Shown here piece by piece: positions 52,539-64,000 of a stretch of DNA of 64,000 nt. A program made the position numbers and the translations under genes. The notes below the pieces were generated by a model that was not told where the DNA came from, did not search any database, and saw only the letters and a list, made by a program, of their open reading frames with translations. Source of the stretch: Oculina patagonica (lineage: Eukaryota); NCBI RefSeq assembly GCF_052425735.1, contig NC_135761.1, forward strand, positions 434,001 through 498,000, read 5' to 3'. Position 1 is the first letter of the stretch, and each line of letters starts with the position of its first letter.

Positions 52539-54947
52539 TTTGCGTAGAGAAAGAAGAAGGCATCCTGCTGTATCCAAAATAACTCCAGAAGTTTAAAGAG
52601 CTTGTGAAATTTAATAATCGGGGAAATTTTCAGCTCTTTACGTGTAAAATTGAAGAAAATATTAGCTTTCAAAAGCTGCAAAATTTCTAGAGGCAAAAGC
52701 GTTAATGAGCCCATGCATTCTTTGTAAAATTTTAAGTTTTCAAACCTGCGTCAAAGAAAAAGTATTTAATACATCAGGCTCAAATTTATAGCAAAAGTTA
52801 ACGTGTCCTGCTCTTTCAATTTCCATAAGTCGGATATTTTTGTAGCTCGATCAGAAACTGAAGCGCTTATCCTAATAAGGCAAATATTGTAAACTAAGAT
52901 TCCCCTATACTATGCTAAAAAATGCCCATTTCCTGAAAATTGAACTTTGTCGCAAAAAGATAAAAAGAAAATGATAGCATTTGTAATGGTGTAAAACGCT
53001 TCGACAACTAGCTTCTTTTGCGAGTAAAATCAGTCGCCGTTTTTGTTATTATTTCAATGCAGAGATTATTAGCAAAAGGAAATGAGCCTCGACGATAAGC
53101 TACGATAGCCACTTAAAATTCTTTTGTTTGTTAGTTTTTAAAATTCAAATGACTCGTATCCTTATTAAGCTACCAAAAACAACGTTTAAGTTCTACTATA
53201 ATGAAATTCGTCCTATCTAAGCCGTTTTAAAACATTAACAAGTAATCTGTGCGAGAAAAAAAATGCCGTTTACTATTTTCGAATATCTCTTTTCGTTCCG
53301 GAGATATTCAAGTTTTTAAAATACGCAAATTAGCGAAGTGATGGCGTCAAGTGACGTGGGATTTGAATCCCACTGGTTTTATGAAAGTCCAAGCGTGAAA
53401 ATGAGTGTTTAATTTCACATGTTCAGTTCCCACATCAGATCAAATCGTCCGTTTTGCTGTTATGCAAATTATTCACATGCACTCGTACGAATGATAAGAA
53501 AATTTTTCCAGAGTAACATCATATCAAAATACGCATACTATGCAAAATACACGGCCTTGAAACGTATTTTGGTTTACTGCAATTGCCCTTTTTCAACGAA
53601 ATTTATCTTGTTCGCTGCATTCTCGAAAAAAACTGAATTTCATATCCTCGCGACCCCAATCTTCTGCTTAATAAAGACATTTTTCACAATTTCCAAAGAT
53701 AGTTGTCCGGAGGTCATGCGGACGTTTCTAAACGTTTTCCGGCCGTTTCCGTAACCTGCGATCAGGCGTTCTTTTTTTCGCGGCGGGAAGAAAAAAGAAC
53801 GCTTGGTGGCAGGTTACCGTTTCCCTAGCTAGCCGATCACTGCCAACTTAGCCGATCCGAAGATAATTTTGGCTATATACAAATAAATTTCAGCACATAA
53901 CTACTGTATTACCCGAATATTAAACCTTTTTTAACTAATTTTCCTACTAAGGCAAGAAAATGCGAAGATGCATTGAGATTATCAGTCTTGGAGTAGATAG
54001 TCATGAGGCAAGGCAAGTTTCCACATTTATTAATTTCACAAACGATACTAACTACATTTTAGACAATGCATCAGAGGAACACACAAAAAAATTACAATAC
54101 AATAACATCGAAAAAATGTCAATAAAACAAAATATTACCCGAATAATACATCAATATAAATATACCAAGGAAAGGGTAGTATTTACAAGTTAAGGGCAGG
54201 AACTAAAATATATCTCACATGAAGCCAGAAAATAACAAATGAGAACTCAACCAATTATTTATAACTAACATACATCACAGTATCATTGCCGGCTTTTATT
54301 TATAATTCTAGATTTATAAATATCTCCATCAGACTCCATCACTAAAATATTTCTATTACCTGGTACATAGGTTTGGCTTAAAATTTCAAATATTCGTTTA
54401 ATATGTTTACACTGGTCAAATTGATTGCACATATACGTTAAACAAGTAAGTTGTTTGGTGTTGTTGACTGCTACATAGATTAATACACGGATGGTTGGAT
54501 GGATCGGATGACCAGTTGCTACAACAACAAAAATTAAAATATCACGCATACTGGACTGCCAACTACTGAAGTTCAAAAATCACTCTTTTAACAAGTTTGA
54601 CTTTTAACGAACTTTTAATCTTATGAATAATGTTGGTCACATCGAAACGTCGATTAACGTTACTTTTAATTTTTCCTGAATGGATGGATAAATGAAATAT
54701 AGACTAAGAATTGACTGAATTAACTTATTATTACTATTACCATTACTATTAATATTGCTAATCCTATTGCTATTGCCATTGCAGTTACTATTACTTTTAC
54801 TTTAGGTTTGAATTTTGCATTTTATAATATATACCACATCAAATAAATAGGGTATATAGCATTACAAAGTACTTTGTAGATAACAAGGAATACAATTTAT
54901 TACCTATGAATATATTTATAACTATACGGTCCATTGGTTGTTAGACG

Positions 54948-57900
54948 TTAAACTAAATAAGGGCTATCTAGATTTGCCCGCCCTGATGCAACCCCTCCAT
55001 CCTGATGTGCTGTGCTCTTTGTGCGCATTAGATGTCCAACTTCTCTGTTCACCAACACCTCATCACCACGACTAACAAACAACAACAACAACAAAAAAAG
55101 GTCAATATTATGTAGCACTACATAATCACCAGTTCAGCTGTACTCAGGAAAAAAACGGAAACATCGTAGAACAAATAAACTGTCAGAGACTTATTGTAAA
55201 ATTAAAAAAACACAGAACAGTACAACCACTAGTGAGCAATGTTCCTTGCGCATGGCACCACGCCTAGTAACTTCTCTGATGAAAACTGCAGGCTCAGAGA
55301 CTTAGATTGGTTTTCACAAGTGCCGGAGGGAGTCGTAGTGATGTCGTAATCAGAGTCGTAAGAGTACTTACGACCTGGTGACAAATCGAAAATCGGAGTC
55401 GTAAGCAGTCATAACCTTGATAGAATCAGAGTCGGAAGAATCTGAACGTTTCCATTTTCTTCAGATTCCACTTAAGACTCCTTCGCTTGTGATCCTATGA
55501 AAACTTGATTGTTAGGGACACAAGCAGTAGCTGAAGAACAAACCAATTACAATGCTAGTTCTCACGCCCTCCAAATTCTTCCTTTCTGCTTGCCACTCTG
55601 CCAATCAAGTTTACACTATACCATAAGCGACGGAGTCATCAGAGAAATCGGAACTCTCCGTCGGTTTGATTTTCACTAGATCCTAACACACCACGCTTCT
55701 GATTACGACCCTGACTCCAACACCGTCGCTAGTGAAAACCAGTCTGCACTGGAGACAGGATCTCACAGAAAAGGTACTTATTCCTCCTCAGCCCTCCCTT
55801 CCAGACCAACGACATGGATGGTCGAAGTAACCTGGGCCTTACTCACCTTATAAGTATTCCAAAACATCCAATCTCACTAAGAACTTCTGCTAAAACAGGT
55901 TTAGCCAGTTCAGCACGTACTATGTAGTTCTGGTTTATTGGGGGCTGAATTTTGTCCATTAAAATAAATTTTGATCGTTCCTTGACATCAACTGTCTCTG
56001 TCAATGTCTTGACAATTTCCTCTCCAAAAATGTTATTCCCTGTCAAAAAATACAATTAAATAAAAATTGACATAGTAGTAGTTATATGTCTGTTCTGTTA
56101 TTTTAATAAAATGATGGAGTGTTATAATAGCATTGTCAGAGTAACTTTGTATGCTTTGAATCCATATGGCGGTTTCTGTTTCAATGACAGACTGAAATGG
56201 TTGTGCAATAGATATAACAAGTTCCCACTATGTCGAAACAGTCTGAAGATAGATATATGCTCGCAACTCTCCTTGTATTTTTAATAACAGGTTCTTTAAA
56301 GGCTTTAAAGACCAAGTCCTAGCTGTTTGAGGGTTGGATAACGCTATCCATCAGACTAATAAATGTTTCGTTAACACTTATCCACTGGATAGTGATTTAT
56401 CCTGTGGATAGTGTTATGCACCCCTTGAACAACCGGAAACAAATATATCAAATCAAATCCGACCATGTATTTTTTTTTATTAAAGACTGGGCCATGTTAG
56501 AGGCCTTACCTCCTCCTTCTAGTTGTGGCTTGAGGACAAATCTCTCAGGATCAGCTAGGGCCATTTGCACTGTTTTGTCCCCATCAGCACCCTGTGTCAT
56601 AGAGACAAACTCACTATCAGTCTAACAAATGAATAAACTGAACTTATTTTGGAAAAGTTCCATATATGCTTGTGTCTTACCAAGTTTAACTCAAGATAAT
56701 GTATATATGGTGTGAAAGACCAAACAGAAACTTAAGGAGGTAATTATAATTCTGGCTGCTGAATCAGTCCATGGCACAAACTTGTCTCCCGCCCAACATG
56801 TGGAGCCACCTAACAAGGTGTGTGCCACAGGTGGGCAAAGCACCTTGCAACCTTGTTCCCAGGGCCTCTCTTTTTCTTGGGTCAATAACGCTGGACAAAC
56901 ACTGAACATCGACTTCCAATTTTTTAAGCTTGGTTTAAACTGACAAAGTGCGTCTTACCATGGTATGTTTAGTGCTCAAAAACGTGCCTGAATGCAGTAT
57001 AATGTCAAGCTTTCTCAAATACTGTAAAAGTCCATGTATAAGCCACACTTTTTTCACTCAAAATTTACATAAAAAATCAGGGGTGTGGCTTATCTACGGG
57101 TGTGGCTTATAATGGACTTTTACGGTACAGCCACATACACTCAAATCGAAAATTTGTTTCAATTTTTCTGACCTCGTCCAATGTGTAAAGTCCAGTGAAA
57201 GTACTGCGCATCCTGTTGAGCATCTCCTCATCTGAAATAAACCTGTCGTAAGGAAACCACAATAAAAGAAATTGGATATCACAAACTAACACATAGCGGG
57301 GGAGGGAGGGGGGAGTTGCCCCCACCAGGAAAAAACTAAGAAAACTAAGGGGAAAAAACTACACTAAAAAAACTTAGAAAACTAGAGGTGTGCGAAGTTT
57401 GCCCCTGCAGACAAAAAACCTAGTTACATGTACAGCCCTGAACAGCCTCCTCTTCTACTGACTGATATTGTTAAATTCTTACAAAATACAACACCCAAAT
57501 GACCTTGTGAAAAACTACCAAACATATTATAAATAAGATAAGAAATCACCACATTTCAGCTTAACACACCTTTCCAGTTGTCCAGGTGATGCTAAGACTT
57601 GCTGAACTTTCTTTGTACCGGCAAGATGAACTGAAGCCGAGGGACACTTGATAGCTTTTGATCTTTCCAGCATTAGCCGTGTGTCCCAGTCCTGTACCAT
57701 TTAAAAAAAGAATACATACATACATACTTATTTGTTGTTCATAAGAACAACACTGCATCTGCACACGTATATACCTGATTGAAGAATCGTTGACCCAGGA
57801 AAAGCATAAACCATGTATGATGGGACCCAAATGTTTACTTGGAAATCGGAAATATAGTTGTTGTCTTAGACAGAATAAGCATGATAATAAGACAAGTTGC

Positions 57901-60900
57901 ATAAATTATGCTCCTAAGGCTCTCAAAGAAAACAAGGCCTGATCTGATTATCAATAAAAAGAATATCACTAAGCTTACCAATGCCGTCTACCCAGAATAC
58001 CATTGGTTCATATCGTTTATACATACATACATACATACATACATTTTATTCCACGTCCCCACGGGGCTTTTCAGTGAAATATTTACATAAAAAAATTAAA
58101 AAAAAAAATGAAGAAAAAATTAAAATAAGTAAGTAAATGAATAAATAAATAAATAATAGACATTCAAAATTAATTACAAAAGTTAAATTCCTTAAGTTAA
58201 ACTAAATTTATGGTTTATGCTTTTCACAGGGTCAACGTTTCTCCAATTAAATATACTTTCAATAACTAGTGGATGTTAGCCTAAACACCCCCCTCCCCCC
58301 CTTACAGAGAGAGACAAATCAGCTCAAGAAAAAAATATTCCATACAACATTTTATAAATTATGAAACTTTCAATGAGACTAGCTGCATGAAATATTGCAG
58401 CATATAATAAACTGTGTAGCAGGCTTTTGAACTCAATGTGAGACAAGCTGCTGCAATGCTGCAGAAAATTACTAATTTCTATCTGGTGTTACCTGATCTT
58501 ACCTGTAATGGCGTAACAGCACCCTTAGTTAAATGTTAATTGCCTTTAAGTGTAGGTAATGTAGTAAAAGTAAAAGCTTTTCTAAGCATAGTTATTTTGT
58601 AATATCAAGCACAAGAGAGAGTGTTTCATCTTATTTGCAAACACTGAGAGAGTTGAGATATGGCGTGCAGCAAAGTATTCATTATTGTCGATGAGGTGTT
58701 TTAAATTGTAATAAAACACTCTCTCAAGTTTTCGATATACCTTCTCAATTGAAACTAAAACTATGTAGAAAATGGAGAGATAAAATCGTAAAAAGGATCA
58801 TATATCCAAACCACAACGGTTCTGGTTTCCGTGGTCATAAATAAGTTTGAGAAGCAGATTTATTGAACCTACAGTGTCTGATGCATAATCAGCTGGATCA
58901 TAGCCGCATCTGAAGTAAACCACTGCAATTTCATGTCCATCTCTGAAAATGAAATCAAAGAGTCTAAACAATTAAACACATTGGCTGTTGTCCATTCAAA
59001 CATATGCTTTCCTGTGGCCAGGAGAAGATGTTATTTTCATTCATTTCTATTAAAAAAATCACAGCATTGTGACAAGAAAACTGACAAAAATTTTTTGTTG
59101 AAGGCCCATGTTCAGCTATTAAGCTTTGCAGCCGCTTTTTATTGTTTCAAAACAAGATTATCACTTCAAAACAATAACACATAATGCAAAGTCAAATGGG
59201 TGAACATAGGCCTTTAAATTTAATTGCTCAACAAGACTCTGCCTTTAATTCAATTGTGTGGCTCCAGAAAAATATCGCTACCCACCCCATGGAAGGACAT
59301 AGGAAATTCTAAGGGGGTGGGAGGTCTCAGAAGCCAAAATATTTGAAGGAAACAATGTAGCTAAACTTGAATATCTGGAGGGGTGGGGTGGGGTTCAAAC
59401 CAAAAAAACCTTTCATGTGGGAGGAGGGAGGAAGGATATTTTCTAGAACAACACATTTGCTAAGTCTACTGATAGAGATGACAAAGTCCTGCAAAAAGAG
59501 AAGTAAAGGCTTTGCTGTTGCAAAAAGCAGACAAGGTTCAAATAATTTGGATCTCTCAATAAGGCAGGTAAAAATCAAACTACTTATAGCTTATACCGTA
59601 CATGTGTAATGTATCAACTACAAACACATAATTATGTGGACAGTCTAGGTCCTTACACTATCAGTGTTTTATCATCTTTCAGTTCTCCTGTCCTGCCTAT
59701 ATCACTGAAGGATTTTCTTATCACATGTGCAGAAGGATGGCTGAAACATAAAAATACAAACAAGTTTCTCATTAGTAATGGAATGACTTTTTAAGAAGTA
59801 CTTAAGAAGTACTGAATAAACAAGTATTATAGTGAAACAAATTAGTAGCTAATGGATAAATACTACATAATTAAAAAGTTGTGTTCATTTGGTACAGGAA
59901 ACTGACTAACAAGTTTTGCAAAAAATAAGATTTCCAACACTAATAACATCCAAATTATACTCATAACTTACAATGGATGAATACTACAGAATTCTTAAAG
60001 TAAAGTTGTTTTCGCTAAAGTAACTTGCATTGGTTCAGAAAGCCTACAGTCGAACCTCTTGTTACGGACACCTCTATGATATGGACACCTCCCTATTACA
60101 GACAGTTTAAGGTGGACACACAGGAGGGGACTAGTCCCTGCAACTACTATCCCGGATGAAACCAGTTGAGACAAACGCATTTCACAGATTTTCCTGATTG
60201 TCTGGCAAGCTTGTTAAAAACATGTTATCCCCCTCTCCCCCAGCTCAATGTTGTTTTATTGGGTTTGCAATTCACCAGGCTTTGTTTCCATAAAACGACA
60301 ACATTGACAACATTGAAATAGGGGAGGAGGGATTGACAAAAATGAGCTGTAGTACAAAAATTGGTGAAAACTAGCGAAGTGTCTCAACCGTTTTGGCCAG
60401 GATTGTAGTCCCGAGGAGCAAGTCCCTTCATGTGAACTACCCATTTTCGTCAAAAAATCTAGATGCAGCGACCAAATTTTAGTCCCTGCGGCTAGTCCCA
60501 CCAATTCAAACTGGTTTGAAATTATGAGACTAGTCACAGCGACTAGTTGCATGAAATTTTGCTTGTCCCCTCATGTGAACTGTTTGTGGGACTAGTCCCT
60601 GTGACCAAAATAAAAAATCAACCAATCAGAAACCCAAGTGGTTGGACCCTGCCAATAGTTCCTTCATGTGAACACTACAAAGGACTTGTCCCTGCGACTA
60701 GTCACATGCTAATCGATGTGACTGGTCCTTTTTGTGTGTACTGTGTGTGCGACTAATCCCTGCGACTAGTCCCCTTGTGTGTGCCGACCTTTAAGCTCTA
60801 CATCTGTAATACAGACACCTCCATAATACAGGCACTCTTCCTTCTCCCTTTGGTGTCCATATTAAAGAGGTTTGACTGTACTTATAAGTTTTGTGAAAGT

Positions 60901-63351
60901 GGTTGACCCTTGCAAAAATATTGCACTCAAATTAAAATAAAACGGAAGAGACAACAACAACAGAAATGGCACAGTGCTGTAATAAAAGAGGCTTCAAAGC
61001 TACTTACACTTCTCTCATGAGATGCTGCATCCATCTCTGATCATATCTGTTCCGTTCACCTCCTGACACTACCATCAACACTACTGCACTAATGGGGATT
61101 CAAACGGGAAAATATTACAAACCCTGAACAAATCAGTGTTCTGCGCTTATAATTTTTCAAGCTAAAAGACAACAGATTTGGAGTGGATCTTTACTAACCT
61201 TTCATTTCCATAAAGTTTCCAAGCATCCACTAGGCCTGTTGCCATACCTAAAGCTGATGTATTCTCAGGAAGCTGAAAAAAGAAACAGAGACATGAGGGT
61301 AACTCGTAGACTACTCTGTGCATATGCTTAACATATCGTAAAAAATGTTGTGGTTATTCATCGTAGTAGAGTACAATAATAAAGTATTTTTCGTTTGTCT
61401 CACGATGTAGTCACGTGTGATGGAGATCGCGACGTTTCAACTGCACACTGCTAGTCTTCATCAGGCGATAAGGTCGACTGGTTGTGCGTGAACTTATAAA
61501 GCACGCTGCTGCACTGTGATTGGTTGGTTTTCAACAGCTGTGATTGGTGCATTTCGATCCTCGCTGTTTCTGTGTCCTGTTGTTCCCTCAACGGTCCGCT
61601 GTCGCACAGTTCTCCTGTTGTTGTGTTTTTTGATCGTGGGCATCCATGCTTCAGGAATTTCAATTCCATTATCCCTGTTGATATTATTAGGGTGAAGTCT
61701 TATGTGAATTGCCTCTTTGACCCTGCGTTTGTACCAGTGTGGGTCGCGATCAATAAACTTTACCTCATTCCAAAGCGGGTAGTGTTTGGTGTTGTTGGTG
61801 TGTTCTGCAACGGCGGAGGACTGGGTACAGGCACGTCGGATGTCCCGGTCGTGCTCTTTGATCCTGTCTTGCATAAGTCTTCCTGTAAACTTTGCCACAT
61901 TCACAGGAAATCCTGTAAACAGTGAGGAAACAGAAACAGCGAGGATCGAAATGCACCAATCACAGCTGTTGACAACCAACCAATCACAGCGCAGCAGAGT
62001 GCTTTATAAATTCACGCACAACCAGTCGACCTTATCGCCTGATGAAGACTAGCAGTGTGCAGTCGAAACGTTGCGATCTCCATCACACGTGACTACGATG
62101 TGAGACAAACGAAAAATACTTTATTATTAATGCTTAACATACAAGCTTCCTACACTGTATTAACTACCATCATAAGCATGTAATGTATGTAGAGGACAAA
62201 GAGACAAATAAAAACTCATAAACATGACAAGGTACCTTTTCTTTGTTACTTGGGTCAGGTCCATTCTGAAGATCCAGTACAAAGCTATAAAACAACAAAG
62301 AACAAGCAACAAACAAGAGATTACAGAGATTAAAATGTTTTATGGTTTTTTTCCTATGACCAAAAAACATTTAACTAGACTGCTGACCAGTTAGCTCAGT
62401 TGGTAAAGCGCCTACCATCGAGAGGTCTCGGGTATGAGTCCCAGACCAGACCAACACTCAGGGTCTTAAAATAACTGAAGGGAATATGCTGCCTTTGCAA
62501 TGACATCTGCAAATAGTTAGACATTCTAGGGATGATATACCATAGGCCTCATCTCATGCATCTTCAGTGTTATGGTCAGTAGGGTTTGTTAAAGAACCCA
62601 CATACTTATCATAAAGAGAAGGGCACAAAGTACCCTGTGTTGTGGTCTGGTCTTTGCCCGCGGTTGTACCGATGAACTGTTGAAAGCTCAGAGATATTGG
62701 CTATGTTATAAGCCACTCTACAATCTGAGGGTAAATAAAGTATTCACTTCACTTCACTTCACACAGCCATAACCTCTTACTTTTTAAAAGGGAATTTTTG
62801 TCCTTATCAAGTTCAAAATTAATTACTGTGTAATTAAACCACCCACAAATAGCAACAGCTAATCTAATTATGATAATATAGGCCAGCATTTTGATTTTAC
62901 CTCAGAATTTCACAGCATTTTTCACATGGTAGAAAGGCTTCCAATTTTTTCGCAAAAACTTTACATGGTGTTTCACTGGAATTTTATAGAGCTCAAAATT
63001 TCACATCTCTTTTCACAGGGCCAAAAAATTATATTTTTTGGGCCATGGATTAATTCTGAGTTCACAGGGTATTTCACATGGCAAAAAGAATTCACATGGT
63101 TTTTACAGGGATTTCACATGCATTTCACAGGGTTGCTCCCAGTACTGTTAATTAAACCTAGGTCTGGTGTAAAGTAAAAAAAAAAAAAACTAAAGATAAC
63201 TTTACTTGTGAAGTCCTCTCATCAGTGGACTCAATCCACCAAATGAAGAAGCAATTGTGTTAATTTCAACTTGCTTGATTGCAAGATCTTCTGGCTTATC
63301 ATTTGTACCATCCAGCATATAGTCTGACCGAAAAATCCCCAGTGAGATTTC
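54948..63351 (-). CDS. GSS: Glutathione synthetase, 3' portion (5' exons beyond the window end)
   Basis: Approximate exons: 63351-63206 ([20 protein letters not shown]), 62284-62236, 61272-61199, 61088-61008 (ERNRYDQR), 59740-59656, 58942-58872 ([10 protein letters not shown]), 57690-57569 ([13 protein letters not shown]), 57242-57173, 56592-56509 ([10 protein letters not shown]), 56039-55847 (GNNIFG, ILMDKI, SEIG) and 55071-54948 (GHLMRTK, GGVASG, LDSPYLV*). Confidence 0.95.
55306..55745. mobile_element. MITE (Harbinger-like) in the last GSS intron
   Basis: Terminal inverted repeats agattggttttcacaag / ctagtgaaaaccagtct, with internal gagtcgtaa repeats. Confidence 0.6.
57021..57127. mobile_element. 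Short Tc1/mariner-type MITE
   Basis: tactgtaaaagtcca..tataagccacac / gtgtggcttata..tggacttttacggta. Confidence 0.65.
58019..58090 (-). mobile_element. Isolated 3' end of a CR1/L2-group LINE
   Basis: Reverse strand reads ttcactgaaaagccccgtggggacgtggaataaaa(tgta)n, similar to the tail at 47051-47120. Confidence 0.6.
60047..60878. mobile_element. Nested MITEs (pogo-like outer element with two inner elements)
   Basis: Outer TIR cagtcgaacctctt / aagaggtttgactg with TA flanks. Inner inverted termini at about 60110/60790 and 60146/60409. Confidence 0.65.
61426..61469 (-). ncRNA. Minimal type I hammerhead ribozyme in the PLE pseudo-LTR (GUC triplet)
   Basis: Reverse strand reads atcgc-CTGATGA-a-gact..agtt-GAAA-C-GTC-gcgat. 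Confidence 0.8.
62034..62077 (+). ncRNA. Minimal type I hammerhead ribozyme in the inverted pseudo-LTR (GUU triplet)
   Basis: atcgc-CTGATGA-a-gact..agtc-GAAA-C-GTT-gcgat. Confidence 0.75.
62384..62762 (+). mobile_element. tRNA-derived SINE, diverged copy
   Basis: tagctcagttggt A box and the same core as 52160-52538, but a different 3' end that finishes aataaagta(ttcac)n. Confidence 0.8.
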
Positions 63352-64000
63352 CTGCAAAACATTATGCATAAAGTCATTTGTTTATTAAATAATTTAACAA
63401 AGTATAAATCCAGCCTCCCCTGACATTTAAGAAGCTCTGTAACGAATGAGGTATCTTAAAAAATCAGCCTAAATTTTTAAGTTCCTCATTTGTAATCCAT
63501 CTCAATCATAACAATTATTGTTCTTTTTTGTTTTATTATTAGTGCTTTAACTTTTTTTTTATCTCAGGAAACTTTTATTTTAGGAATTCCAGGCTCCATT
63601 TGCCTTGATTAGCCAAAGTAGCACTCCAGATAGCCAGATTAGCATTGCTGTTAGATGATGACTCAAGAATGGTCAGATCTTATAAATGATTGTAATGGTA
63701 ACGCAATATGTTATGTGTAACATGTGTCTCAGATATTTGACTAGGACTTGGACTTCAGTCAGGCTCAGCTTTGACTCGGCCAACTGATAAACTCCACGAC
63801 AAATAGTGACTTGTTGTAATGAATAGAAATGCTATCATAATTCAATGATTATATTGCTGTGCTGCAGAAGTAGGGGTGGCAATGGTCCTTCAAAAAATGT
63901 GTGTCTCGCTAAATTTTAGCCAAATTTCAGGGCTCTCGTCGTCTCGAATTCTTCTTTGACACCTGCTTGGAGTCTCGATTTCTTTTGGAGGCTAAAAACG

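Larger units (their letters stand above)
61336..62129 (-). mobile_element. 5'-truncated Penelope-like element with GIY-YIG remnant and inverted pseudo-LTRs
   Basis: Reverse strand encodes [41 protein letters not shown], with a frameshift. About 200-bp inverted repeats at 61375-61573 and 61930-62128. A 12-bp target duplication atgcttaacata at 61324-61335 and 62130-62141. A ~39-nt extra tail on the left. Confidence 0.92.

Noticed and set aside
55270-55300. CTGATGA as a further hammerhead core (also at about 1015, 21479 and 34565)
   Set aside because: No stem II, GAAA and stem I arrangement follows; two of these sites are simply coding sequence.

Overview
AT-rich, intron-rich eukaryotic DNA. 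The repeat families and gene style suggest a cnidarian, probably a stony coral; this is inference, not a database result. Genes: (1) an apparently intact kinesin-12 gene (KIF15) of about 44 exons on + (4759-34638); (2) two tandem secreted fibrinogen-related-domain (FReD) lectin genes on -, made by a ~5 kb duplication that also copied the end of KIF15, with the first copy carrying a 1-nt frameshift; (3) a rhodopsin-class GPCR on -, broken by a frameshift and by a rearranged CR1/L2-group LINE inserted in exon 2; (4) the 3' part of glutathione synthetase (GSS) on -. The most striking non-coding signals are three hammerhead ribozyme motifs: a full type I hammerhead beside a long hairpin at the window start (retrozyme-like), and two minimal hammerheads in the inverted pseudo-LTRs of a Penelope-like element in a GSS intron. 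Also notable are a 2A-like peptide ending NPG-M in the LINE, the permuted and inverted structure of that insertion, an unexplained dispersed hairpin motif in a KIF15 intron, and many SINEs and MITEs. Exon coordinates were read by eye and may be off by a few bases.
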